Under the pieces are notes generated by a model. It worked only from the letters and a program-made list of their open reading frames with translations, was not told where the DNA came from and made no database searches. From positions 1 to 64,000 of the forward strand of contig JAWODC010000076.1 of NCBI GenBank assembly GCA_046483495.1: DNA of 64,000 nucleotides, in the 5' to 3' direction. The DNA comes from Desulfobacterales bacterium. Lineage in GTDB: Bacteria > Desulfobacterota > Desulfobacteria > Desulfobacterales > UBA5616. Made by a program: the position numbers and the translations under genes. The number at the start of each line of letters is the position of its first letter. Positions within the stretch are counted from its first letter, which is position 1. Positions 1 to 9,343 of this stretch are shown here, piece after piece.

Positions 1-192
1 CCTAACTCCGGTGTAATTGGCTTTTTCCCACTTATATGCCATATGAAACCTCCAAAATTATCCATTTTTTGTCCCACTATTGTCCCACCTTATTTTGGTT
101 TTTTGGGGATGTCAAGGGAAATATAGATGATATTATTATTAATAATTTCAAGCATAAGGACGTCTTGGGAACGGTTGGGAAAGTACAAAAAA

Positions 193-251
193 AGGACTCA
201 AAATCCTCCGGGCTTCGGCCCATGGGAGTTCGATTCTCCCTTCCGGCACCA
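193..251 (+). tRNA. 3' fragment of tRNA-Leu(CAA), not an intact tRNA; probable attR core of an integrated element lying to the left
   Basis: Contains the anticodon arm AGGA-CTCAAAA-TCCT, a long variable arm GGGCTTCGGCCC, the T-arm GGGAG-TTCGATT-CTCCC and the acceptor 3' strand ending CCGGCACCA. The D-arm and 5' acceptor strand are absent, replaced by AT-rich sequence. Confidence 0.85.
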
Positions 252-262
252 CACATAAAATC

Positions 263-305
263 AAGGGGTTATGGATTGCAACGCTCATATACCCTTTTTC
301 TTTTT
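263..305 (+). terminator. Intrinsic terminator-like hairpin after the tRNA fragment
   Basis: AAGGGGTTATG...CATATACCCTTT imperfect stem followed by T-runs. Confidence 0.55.
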
Positions 306-538
306 CAGGGGGTTGATATTTACCTCTCCCCATCCGATTGCCTTGATTACAGAGTCCTTTAATTGCGAGCCTCTTACATTTTTTCCCTGGAAAAAGAGAG
401 ATGAATCAATCATTCGGCACTCTCGCATTTAAAGAACGCAATTTGTTGCGCATGATGGTGAGAGAAATTTCAAACCCAATCCATTTGCCATAGCAATCAG
501 ATCCAACCTCGACCTGCTGAGTTTAAAAAGGCGGACCT

Positions 539-1549
539 ATGAAATTTTCCGGGATTACACTGGTAACGGGGGCCGCAGGGTTCATGGGGAGCCACCTGGT
601 TGAGCATCTCGCGAAAATGGGTGTCCGGGTACGGGCCACGGCCCGGCCGCGCAAGGACACATCCTTTTTCGACCGTCTCGGCGTCGAATTCCGCGCCGCC
701 GACCTGACCCGGCCCGAAACCCTCCCGCCGCTTTTCGAGGGAAAGGTGGACCGCATCTTTCACCTGGGGGCGATCTGTAATTTTTCAACGCCATACGATC
801 AATTGTATCCCACCAATGTCCTCGGTGTTGAACGGATTACCGAACTGGCCCTGAAACATGGGGTGGCCCGCTATGTGCATGTGGGATCGACCAGCGTCTA
901 TGGCTATTACACAGGCACGCCTTTTCGTGAAGAGGATTCGCGTGATCCCATGGATGCCTACGGGCGCAGCAAACGCGATGGCGAAAATGTGGTGCGGGCA
1001 TGCATCGAAAAAGGATTGCCGGCGGTCATCACCCGTCCCTGCACGGTCTATGGCCCGCGCTGCAGCGACGGTGCGGGGAAGGTTTTTTCAAGGCCCACCA
1101 AAATATCCGCCATTCCCGGCACGGGCAAGCAGCTTCTCTCCAACGTGCGGGCCGAAGAGGTGGCCGCGGCCGTGGACTACCTGAGCCGTCTCGACAGTGC
1201 CGTGGGACAAGCCTATAACATCAGCGAGGATACCCATCCCACTCTGGAGGAGTCGCTGCTGCTTGCAGCGGAAGCTTTCGGCACCCAGCCTCCCCGGTTA
1301 CGCCTGCCGCTCTGGATGATCAAAATCATCGCCGGAATCGAGGGTATGACGGCTGCCCGGAAGGGAACCGTTCCCGACCTGGAATCCGACGCCGTCACAT
1401 ATCTCTACGATGATTACATAGTCGACAACACCAAACTCAAAAACACCGGATACCGTCTCATCTATCCGGACTTCAAGGCATCGATGAAGGAGATGGGCCG
1501 GTTGTACCGCCTGAAGGCGGGTATGGCGGAAGAACCGCAAAACCGCTAA
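539..1549 (+). CDS. NAD-dependent epimerase/dehydratase (extended SDR, 3-beta-HSD-like)
   Basis: TGAAGFMG Rossmann motif, HLGA, YGRSK catalytic YxxxK, RPCTVYGP; 336 aa. Confidence 0.9.
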   Translation: MKFSGITLVTGAAGFMGSHLVEHLAKMGVRVRATARPRKDTSFFDRLGVEFRAADLTRPETLPPLFEGKVDRIFHLGAICNFSTPYDQLYPTNVLGVERITELALKHGVARYVHVGSTSVYGYYTGTPFREEDSRDPMDAYGRSKRDGENVVRACIEKGLPAVITRPCTVYGPRCSDGAGKVFSRPTKISAIPGTGKQLLSNVRAEEVAAAVDYLSRLDSAVGQAYNISEDTHPTLEESLLLAAEAFGTQPPRLRLPLWMIKIIAGIEGMTAARKGTVPDLESDAVTYLYDDYIVDNTKLKNTGYRLIYPDFKASMKEMGRLYRLKAGMAEEPQNR

Positions 1550-1561
1550 GGAGAAACGATT

Positions 1562-2395
1562 ATGCACCAGGTTGTGGTCATTACCGGTTGTGCCGACGGC
1601 ATGGGGCGTCATGTGGCGACCCGTCTGGCAAAGCGGGGTGTCTCGGTGGCGGGTTTCGATATCGATGAGGCGGGGATTGCCTCCCTTGAAAAGGAACTTG
1701 CCGAAATCGGCGGCGATCACCTGCTCGAGGTAATCGACATTACCGACCGCGGCCGAATCCTGACCTTTCGCGACAGCGTTCTCGAGACATTCGGTCATGT
1801 CGATACGGTGCTCTCGAATGTGGGGATCGGTTTTTTCAGTCCTTTCGAAGAGGCCGATCTGGATGCCGCCCTGCGCTGCCTGGATATCAATGTCATCGGT
1901 GCATCGGCTATATTTCAGGCGTTTCTTCCATCGATGCGGCAACGGCGCAGGGGCAAACTCATCGCCATGTCCTCCCTGGTGGGGCGGATTCCTTTTCCTT
2001 TCGAGGCGATCTACACCGCGAGCAAGTTCGCCATAACCGGGCTCATGCTCGCCATACGGCTGGAGGTGCGGCCTTTCGGCATCGATGTCGCCATCATCGA
2101 GCCGGCGCAGGTGTCGACCCGTTTCGCCGCCAAGATCCATGCCCTGCCCCCGGAGGGTTCTCCCTACCGCGAACGCGCCCGCCGGTTCATTGCACGGGAC
2201 AACGCGTTGATCAAAACCGCCCCCACCCCCGCCTACGCCGCCGGCAAGATCGTAAAGGTGGTGCTGGCGAAAAAGGTATCGCTCTTCAATCAGATCGATT
2301 TTTCAAGCACTTTTTTTCTCTGGATCAACAAGGCGTTGCCGCGGGCCATCAGAGATGCTATTCTTGTTAATTATATGGGTATCAAGGTGAAATAA
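1562..2395 (+). CDS. Classical SDR oxidoreductase
   Basis: TGCADGMG, SNVG, YTASK, IEPA; AAGGAG RBS overlapping the upstream stop. Confidence 0.9.
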   Translation: MHQVVVITGCADGMGRHVATRLAKRGVSVAGFDIDEAGIASLEKELAEIGGDHLLEVIDITDRGRILTFRDSVLETFGHVDTVLSNVGIGFFSPFEEADLDAALRCLDINVIGASAIFQAFLPSMRQRRRGKLIAMSSLVGRIPFPFEAIYTASKFAITGLMLAIRLEVRPFGIDVAIIEPAQVSTRFAAKIHALPPEGSPYRERARRFIARDNALIKTAPTPAYAAGKIVKVVLAKKVSLFNQIDFSSTFFLWINKALPRAIRDAILVNYMGIKVK

Positions 2396-2411
2396 TGTTC
2401 GGGAGGTTGTC

Positions 2412-4796
2412 ATGAACACGCAGACCGTCTCCGCCGGGACAACCGCCCATGCCTCGCGGGTGGACCGGCTCAGACGGAAAATCATAGACGCACCCATGGC
2501 GGTTTGCGTCGAGCGGGCCCGCTATCTTACGGAATCGATGCAGCAGCACTGGGACCGGCATCCCCTCGAACGCATGAGCCTTGCCCTCGAGCACATCCTA
2601 GATCATATCACGCCGATCATCCGCGAAGACGAAATTATCGTCGGTTGCCGCACGGCAAAACTGAAGGGCGCGCCGCTTTTCCCGGAAAACAAAGCGAGAT
2701 GGATCCAAGGCGATCTGGACGGTTTTGAAGCGCGTGAGTTGCAGAGAGCGCTCATTTCTCCTGACGAAAAAGCCGAGCTGCGTGAGCGCATCCTGCCCTT
2801 CTGGCGCGGCAAGACCGTCGAGGAAGTGATGGAGGCGCGGATGCCGCCGGATATCAGCGCCGACATGGACAAGTACATTTTCACCATGATGCTCGAAATT
2901 ACTTACGGTATCGGGCACTTCACCATGAATCACGGCCGGGTGCTGTCCACCGGCCTGCGCGGTATTATTGAAGATGCGCGCAATCGCCTGGCGGCGCTTT
3001 CGTCAAAAGAGAAGGCATCGGAAAAGCACCTCTTCTACGAGGCGGTGATTCGCTCCTGCAACGCAGCGATTTCTTTCGCCCGGCGCTACAGCGATCTGGC
3101 GCTCGCCCTGGCAGCAAAGGAAACGGACGACGTGCGGGCCGGGGAGCTTCGCGAGATCGCGCGGGTCTGCGCGCGGGTTCCGGAGCACCCGGCGGAAAGT
3201 TTTCACGAAGCGGTCCAGTGCGTGTACTTCATTCATCTCCTCGCCCAGATCGAGTCGGGCGGAAATTCCATTTCCCTCGGCCGTATCGACCAGGTCCTCT
3301 ATCCCTGGTACCTCGCCGACAGGGAGTCCGGACGCGTCACACCCGAGGAAGCCCGCGAACTGCTGGCACTATTGTTTATCAAAACAAACGAAATTTGGAA
3401 CGTCCTCGAAGAAGCCTTCATCCCCGGCGGCGAGGGAACCCAGGGAAAGACCACCCAGAACGTTACCGTCGGCGGTATCGGCATGGACGGTGAAGACGCC
3501 ACCAATGAACTGAGCTATATCGGTCTTAACGCCTACGCCGAGGTGCGGACGGTTCAACCCAATTTCGGTGTGCGCCTGTCATCGAAGTCACCGGAGGAGC
3601 TTTTCAAGAGGGCCGTTGATTACATCCGTGAGGGAGTGCTGATGCACCTGTTCAACGACGATGCCATCGTGGCGATGCTCGTTCGGGCAGGGCACACGCT
3701 GGAAGACGCCCGGGATTACGGCGTGGTGGGATGCCTCGAGCCCAACGCCCAGGGCAAGACCTTTGGTTCCACCTTCGCCGTCCAGTTCAACGGTGTTAAG
3801 TGTGTCGAGCTGGCCCTGTCCAACGGCATCGACAATATTTTCGGTTACCGCACAGGAATAGAGACGGGATATCCGGCCGGGTTCAACGACTTTGAGGATA
3901 TCTGGAATGCTTACGACCGTCAGATGAGCCATTTCGTGGGCCGTATGGTAAGGGGCATGCACGTTCTCGACAGGGCCATCGCCGAGAATGTCCCCTCTCC
4001 CTTCGCATCGGCCATGGTCGACGGCTGCCTTGACAAAGGACTCGACCTGACCGCCGGGGGCGCCGTTTACAACTCGACCGGTGTCCAGCTTATGGGTTTC
4101 GCCAACGTCGTCGACAGCCTCTACGGCGTGAAGAAAGCGGTATTCGAGGAGAAGCGCATTACGTTGGAAGAACTGGCCGAAATGCTTGCCGAGGACTGGT
4201 ATGATGCCGAGCCGATGCGGGCCTATTTTCTGCATCGCATACCCAAATACGGCAATGACAACGACGCGGTGGACGAAATGGCCGAGCGGGTCATGGACCA
4301 CTACTGCGATGTGCTGGCCGACCACAGGAATTATCGGGGCGGTTCTTTCTGGCCGGGCATTTTTTCGGTGGGTTTTCACATCTCCTTCGGCGCCTTCAGC
4401 GGGGCATCCCCCGATGGAAGGTACGCCGGGGACGCCCTGGGCAACGGCATCACACCGACCGAAGGAAACGCCTTGTCGGGCCCGACGGCCCTCATGAATT
4501 CCGTGGTCAAGCTGCCGCTGACCCGCGTCTACAACGGCGTCAACCTGAACATGCGTTTTCAGGGCGGAAAAATCAAGACGGAACATCTCATGAACCTGGT
4601 AAAGGTCTACATGAAAAACGGCGGCATACAGGTGCAGTTCAATATGGTGGATTCCGGCGTGCTCAAGGAGGCGAAGCGCTTCCCGGAAAAATACCGCGAC
4701 CTGTTCGTTCGGGTCAGCGGCTATTCCGCTGAATTTACCGATCTGAGCGAAATCGCCCAGGATGAAATCATCAGGAGAACCGAATTTGATCTTTGA
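2412..4796 (+). CDS. Glycyl radical enzyme (PFL2/eliminase-like), substrate unknown
   Basis: 794 aa; Cys loop VVGCLEP; Gly loop FVRVSGYS; GRIDQ; QFNMVD; GGAGG RBS. Confidence 0.95.
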   Translation: MNTQTVSAGTTAHASRVDRLRRKIIDAPMAVCVERARYLTESMQQHWDRHPLERMSLALEHILDHITPIIREDEIIVGCRTAKLKGAPLFPENKARWIQGDLDGFEARELQRALISPDEKAELRERILPFWRGKTVEEVMEARMPPDISADMDKYIFTMMLEITYGIGHFTMNHGRVLSTGLRGIIEDARNRLAALSSKEKASEKHLFYEAVIRSCNAAISFARRYSDLALALAAKETDDVRAGELREIARVCARVPEHPAESFHEAVQCVYFIHLLAQIESGGNSISLGRIDQVLYPWYLADRESGRVTPEEARELLALLFIKTNEIWNVLEEAFIPGGEGTQGKTTQNVTVGGIGMDGEDATNELSYIGLNAYAEVRTVQPNFGVRLSSKSPEELFKRAVDYIREGVLMHLFNDDAIVAMLVRAGHTLEDARDYGVVGCLEPNAQGKTFGSTFAVQFNGVKCVELALSNGIDNIFGYRTGIETGYPAGFNDFEDIWNAYDRQMSHFVGRMVRGMHVLDRAIAENVPSPFASAMVDGCLDKGLDLTAGGAVYNSTGVQLMGFANVVDSLYGVKKAVFEEKRITLEELAEMLAEDWYDAEPMRAYFLHRIPKYGNDNDAVDEMAERVMDHYCDVLADHRNYRGGSFWPGIFSVGFHISFGAFSGASPDGRYAGDALGNGITPTEGNALSGPTALMNSVVKLPLTRVYNGVNLNMRFQGGKIKTEHLMNLVKVYMKNGGIQVQFNMVDSGVLKEAKRFPEKYRDLFVRVSGYSAEFTDLSEIAQDEIIRRTEFDL

Positions 4797-4815
4797 ATGA
4801 CGGTTCGCAGTGGGT

Positions 4816-5256
4816 TTACTTCCGGGTAACGATCAGATGATCTAAGCCCATCTCTTTCAGTGCAACGGGAAAAAGCTGGAATGAGGGCTTTACCACCGGC
4901 AGTAATTTCAGCATGGCCGTCACCTTTCCGCCTTGCCGCACGATCCCCTTGGCGATGGAGGCAATGGGATTTTCGAGCCCGTGCCAGAACCGGTGGGAAT
5001 GATCGGCGGGCTGCTTCGACCAGACATCTTCCTTTAGATGGCAGGGGCCGAGATAGAAGGTGCCATAATATCCCGCTTTTTCGGGCTTGTTTTTCAGGTC
5101 GATGGTGATCTCTGCATCCGGGTCGGTATAGATAAACCTGATGATGATCCCGGCTTTGGACATCTTTGTTCCGATTTTCTCGTCCTGGAGGACCCGATCC
5201 AGAAAATACCCATAGATCGTGTACAGATCGTCCGAATCCTTGTAGTACCGGCTCAT
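4816..5256 (-). CDS. SCP2 sterol/lipid-binding-like protein
   Basis: 146 aa from the ATG after an AAGGAG RBS. Patterns IRFIYTDPDAEITID, ADHSHRFWHG..NPIASIAKG and GKVTAMLKLLP resemble SCP2-domain proteins. Confidence 0.65.
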   Translation of the reverse strand: MSRYYKDSDDLYTIYGYFLDRVLQDEKIGTKMSKAGIIIRFIYTDPDAEITIDLKNKPEKAGYYGTFYLGPCHLKEDVWSKQPADHSHRFWHGLENPIASIAKGIVRQGGKVTAMLKLLPVVKPSFQLFPVALKEMGLDHLIVTRK

Positions 5257-5424
5257 TGTTGTCTCCTTTTTGGTTTCGCGAGGACTATCTTCCGTCATTC
5301 CGATAGACGCATGCCCAATCGTAACAGCCGTCCTTCAAAGGCATTACGTGCACCACCTCGGATGGAGATCATTTTTTCGGATCATTCGATGCGTTGGCAT
5401 CGACCTTCGCTTCACCGGTCCAAA

Positions 5425-5811
5425 TTAGACATTGTGCACTCTTTCCCAATTTTCCTGGCATTTCCTGCAGCGCAGGGCATAAGGCATCACTTGCAGGCGC
5501 TTGAGTGATATATCCTTGCCGCAGTCATCGCAAATGCCGTATGTACCGTTCTCGATTTTTTTGAGTGCCTGGTCAATGGATTCGATCTCATCGGATTTCA
5601 TTTGAATATAGGAAAATACCGTGCTTTCCTTGAGTTCTGCCAAAGCCGTATCGCCTCGATCCATGATATTCTGGATGTATTTTCCGTACTCCTCTCTGCC
5701 TTCCTTTTCAAGATCCTCGCGTATCAGGTTCCATAATTCCCGTCTTCGGTTTATCAGATCCTGTTTTATTTCCGAATATTTCTTATTTCCTTTTTCATTT
5801 GGGTCATCCAT
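5425..5811 (-). CDS. DksA/TraR family C4 zinc-finger protein
   Basis: Coiled coil with DRGD (DxxD), then GTYGICDDCG..RL..P.ALRCRKCQ; AGGAGG RBS. Confidence 0.92.
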   Translation of the reverse strand: MDDPNEKGNKKYSEIKQDLINRRRELWNLIREDLEKEGREEYGKYIQNIMDRGDTALAELKESTVFSYIQMKSDEIESIDQALKKIENGTYGICDDCGKDISLKRLQVMPYALRCRKCQENWERVHNV

Positions 5812-5983
5812 TTCAGCCTCCTTGACAAACACGGATAAGATCTATTCAGTTTTGAAAAGATCGTAATTGTGATAAACAGTCTTAAAAAGAATAATCGATT
5901 CTATTTCCTTGTCAAGGCCGCTGCGCTCCGAGGTTCGTGGGAATTCAGTGATGCTGAGGCGATTCGGTGGATTGGAACCGAAA

Positions 5984-6799
5984 TCAATTCATTCCCGCAC
6001 CACCACACACATTCAGTGCCTGGCCGGTAATTTCCCTGGCGTCTTCTGAAGCGAAAAAAACCACAGCATTCCCGATATCTTCAGGCATCTGCGGTCTTTT
6101 AAATGGAATTGACTGTACGACGGCCGTATTGAAAAAGTCTTCAGAACCCAGTTTTTCGAACCCTTCGACAGCCTTTCCCATATGCGCGCTTACCCGCTTC
6201 CACATGGGAGTCCAGACTGTTGAGGGACACACCGTGTTGACATTGATATGATAAGGGGCCAACTGCAGGGCTAAAGACTGGCTTATGGATATAACGCCGG
6301 CCTTTGATGCGGAATAGGCAAGCAGGGTGTCCACTCCCTTTCTTCCGGCAAGTGATGAGATGTTTATGATTTTTCCACTTTTTCTTTCCTTCAAATACGG
6401 GACACACGCCTTGCAGCAGTTAAATACGCCCTTTACATTGACATCCATAACATGATCCCAGTCTTCTTCCCGGATGTTTTCGATTAAGTGCGCATCTTTC
6501 GTGTCATCCAAAGGAACTCCGTCTACACCGGCATTGCAGACCATGACGTCCAGCTTTCCAAACACCTCGATGATTGTTCCCACCAGCTTCAGGCAATCAT
6601 TGACCTTCCGGACATCCGTCTGAACGGCAACGGCCTTTTGGCCTGTTTTTCTGACCTTTTCCACCACTTTCTCTGCACCCGCCCGATCATAGTCGCTGAC
6701 CACCACGGTTCCACCTTCCCTTGCCACGCAGAGACAAATACCTTCGCCAATGCCTCCACCCCCACCGGTCACGACAACGACCTGGTCTTTTAGCTTCAT
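5984..6799 (-). CDS. Classical SDR (FabG/butanediol dehydrogenase-like)
   Basis: TGGGGGIG, CNAG, YSASK, ITGQALNVCGG. Confidence 0.92.
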   Translation of the reverse strand: MKLKDQVVVVTGGGGGIGEGICLCVAREGGTVVVSDYDRAGAEKVVEKVRKTGQKAVAVQTDVRKVNDCLKLVGTIIEVFGKLDVMVCNAGVDGVPLDDTKDAHLIENIREEDWDHVMDVNVKGVFNCCKACVPYLKERKSGKIINISSLAGRKGVDTLLAYSASKAGVISISQSLALQLAPYHINVNTVCPSTVWTPMWKRVSAHMGKAVEGFEKLGSEDFFNTAVVQSIPFKRPQMPEDIGNAVVFFASEDAREITGQALNVCGGAGMN

Positions 6800-6974
6800 T
6801 CGGTCTCTCCTTGGTTCCGGTTCAAAATCAATTTCTTACAGAGTTATTTACAATGCAGGACGAATTTTGGATGGTCACATAGTGATACACGGCTCACCCC
6901 GGATGCAACATTCCGGGAAGGCGAAAGCTGAGATATCAGCTGGGCCACGTCGACCGGCAATCGCCCCCCAACGT

Positions 6975-7086
6975 AGACAATCACCAGCAGGGACGGGGTA
7001 AGGAGAAATTTGAGAAGCAAACGAATATTGCGTTTGGCCTCCTCATCCTGTCTAAAATAGGTCACTGTGGAAGTTGAGTACTTCAC
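6975..7086 (-). pseudogene. Possible 5' remnant of a TrkA-type potassium channel gene
   Basis: MKYSTSTVTYFRQDEEAKRNIRLLLKFLL..LLVIVY resembles, from recall, the N-terminus of deltaproteobacterial K+ channel/NAD-binding proteins. The frame then loses similarity. Confidence 0.35.
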
Positions 7087-7475
7087 CGCTTTTCCGATAA
7101 AAACGGATTGTTAGATCAAGTAATTGGAATTAAGTCGAATCTGGGATATCTTGATCGCGTAAACATAAGGCTCGTATCAATAGCAATAGTTCTAACAATC
7201 CGCAACGTCCAATGAAGAAAGTGCAATTATATGTTTACCAACCATCGATGAATTCTTTCATATTTTAACAACAAAGATGCTATCCTGCAAATCATTTATG
7301 GCTTTTGGCAATAAACCAAGTGGGTTAGATCAACATATTTTCGGATTTTCACCTGAATACATAAGTCGATGGGTGGAAACAACCGCAGGCTGAATGCCGC
7401 ATACCCCGCATCATCCCAACTTGACACTTTCCTGCATTCAGGATAAGAGACTGTTTCATATACAATAAACACATC

Positions 7476-7538
7476 GGCAATGAAGTCTGCCAAAACCGCT
7501 CTTTTTTGCTGATTGCGAAAAGAGATGATGACTTCTAC
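7476..7538 (+). ncRNA. Fluoride riboswitch (crcB motif)
   Basis: GGCAATGAAGTCTGCC-AAAACCGC-hairpin(TCTTTT..AAAAGA)-GATGATGACTTCTAC. P1 GGCA/TGCC and pseudoknot GAAGTC/GACTTC match the consensus. Confidence 0.9.
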
Positions 7539-7577
7539 CCTCTATCGGCGGGTAGGCGTCATCAAGATGAACCATAA

Positions 7578-7616
7578 AAAGCCCCCGCCCCCACATTCGG
7601 CGGGGGTTTCTGTTTT
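7578..7616 (+). terminator. Intrinsic terminator in the riboswitch leader
   Basis: GCCCCCGCC...GGCGGGGGT stem followed by TTCTGTTTT, upstream of the antiporter ATG. Confidence 0.7.
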
Positions 7617-7649
7617 GGGCGATGCAAAATATTCAGACAGGAGGAAAAC

Positions 7650-9125
7650 ATGGCGTTCAGCATTGCGGTGGTCATCATTCTGGGGCTTTCGGCGGATTAT
7701 CTGTTCCGAAAAATCAAAGTTCCCGGACTGGTGGGAATGCTTCTGGCGGGCATCCTTGCAGGCCCTTATATGCTGGGCCTGATGAGGCCGGAGATGATGG
7801 AAGTGTCCGGAGAGTTCAGGAAAATGGCGCTGATCGTCATCCTGCTGCGCGCCGGCTTTGAACTCCATCGGGATACGCTGAACCGTGTAGGCCGGGCGGC
7901 ATTGATTATGAGCGCGGTGCCGGCGTTGTTTGAAATGGCCGCTATCATGCTGGCCGCTCCTAAGCTGCTGCACATGAGCCTGCTCGATGCAGCCCTCTTG
8001 GGCGCAATATTGGCGGCGGTATCCCCGGCCGTGGTGGTGCCGTTGATGATCGATTTCATGGACCGGGGCCGCGGAGCGAAAAAAGGCATCCCCACCCTGA
8101 TTTTAGGTGCCTCATCGGTAGATGATGTGTTCGTAATCGTGATTTTCACCATCCTGATGGGCATGCATGGCGGCGAGCAGATCAACCTGTGGCTCAAGCT
8201 CACCGAAATCCCTTTATCCATTATACTGGGCACCGTTTTGGGAATTATACCGGGTTACTTTCTTTATTTTTTGTTTAAAAAGTACGACTGGCGACCGCCC
8301 AAGCGTACCATGATGGTTATGGGTGTAGCCATTTTTCTCACCTGGCTGGAAAAGGCCCTGGAAGGCATGGTGCCCGTTGCCGGCCTGCTGGGTGTGATGG
8401 CCATCGGCTTCATTATCCTGGAAAAGTCCGAAGCCATCGCCCATCTCATCTCCCAAAAGCTCAAAAAATTGTGGGTATTTGCCGAGCTTCTGCTCTTTGT
8501 GCTCGTGGGCGCCCAAGTCAATATCCAAGTAGCCTGGAAGGCTGGACTTGCCGGAATTGCCGTAATCGCCATCGGCCTTGTTTTCAGAAGTCTGGGCACT
8601 TTTCTTTCCCTTATCGGAACACCCCTCAACTTCAAGGAAAAACTGTTCTGCGTCATAGCTTACGTGCCCAAAGCCACCGTGCAGGCCGCCATCGGCGCAG
8701 TCCCGTTGGCCGCCGGCGTGGCATCCGGCGAGCTCATCCTGGCGGTGGCTGTGTTATCCATACTTGTTACCGCCCCTATTGGAGCCTTCGGGATACTGGT
8801 CATGGGAGAACGAATCCTGGATCACAGCGAGACCGGTTTTTACCGATTCCGGGAATTGCGGGATCAGTTCGGACTGCCCCGGGTAGGAGAACGGGCAAGA
8901 AACAAGAATACCGATACCGTATGGAAGGTGATCGAGGAAAAAGAGGATTGGATTTCGGAACCGGCCGGTGATCGTCGGGCCGGGCGGCTTATCCCGGCCG
9001 TATATATCCGCTACTGGAAAGAAGACGGCAACGCTCAGCCCGGCAGAGGGAAAACCTGTACCGTGCGCTACAGCAAAAATGATCAGTCCTTCACTGATCA
9101 CTGGGAGATTATTTCTTTGAAATAG
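7650..9125 (+). CDS. Cation/H+ antiporter (NHA2/NapA-like) with ~100-aa soluble C-terminal extension
   Basis: Many hydrophobic segments; ILLRAG, AVSPAVVVP, SSVDD, PKATVQAA motifs. Confidence 0.9.
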   Translation: MAFSIAVVIILGLSADYLFRKIKVPGLVGMLLAGILAGPYMLGLMRPEMMEVSGEFRKMALIVILLRAGFELHRDTLNRVGRAALIMSAVPALFEMAAIMLAAPKLLHMSLLDAALLGAILAAVSPAVVVPLMIDFMDRGRGAKKGIPTLILGASSVDDVFVIVIFTILMGMHGGEQINLWLKLTEIPLSIILGTVLGIIPGYFLYFLFKKYDWRPPKRTMMVMGVAIFLTWLEKALEGMVPVAGLLGVMAIGFIILEKSEAIAHLISQKLKKLWVFAELLLFVLVGAQVNIQVAWKAGLAGIAVIAIGLVFRSLGTFLSLIGTPLNFKEKLFCVIAYVPKATVQAAIGAVPLAAGVASGELILAVAVLSILVTAPIGAFGILVMGERILDHSETGFYRFRELRDQFGLPRVGERARNKNTDTVWKVIEEKEDWISEPAGDRRAGRLIPAVYIRYWKEDGNAQPGRGKTCTVRYSKNDQSFTDHWEIISLK

Positions 9126-9343
9126 AGGGCGGTCGATGCGGAATTTAGATTTTTCATTGAAAAAAAAATCGACCTGGGTTATTCTTTTTAAAAGAATGTT
9201 AATGGTTTTATCATTTGTTTTTCCAGGATTCGCCGATCGAGTGAACCCATTCGCACAAAAACCCCTTTAGCATGGCAGAAATTTCTGCTGAATGTTTCAT
9301 CTCCTGTAATGTTTGATCATTTATTTTCCAAAGGAGGATTCCC

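Noticed and set aside
165..251. Intact tRNA-Leu gene
   Set aside because: No D-arm and no 5' acceptor strand complementary to the 3' end; only the 3' portion is present.
36..362. 108-aa ORF
   Set aside because: It crosses the att region and tRNA fragment and has no recognisable motif.
3588..4586. 332-aa minus-strand ORF (also 1298-2140)
   Set aside because: Antisense shadow of well-supported GC-rich genes.
2412..4796. Calling the GRE pyruvate formate-lyase or benzylsuccinate synthase
   Set aside because: It has a single Cys rather than the PFL CC pair, and no small subunits or activase typical of bss/ass operons.
9275..9288. 14-bp palindrome GCAGAAATTTCTGC
   Set aside because: Single occurrence with no supporting context; could be chance.
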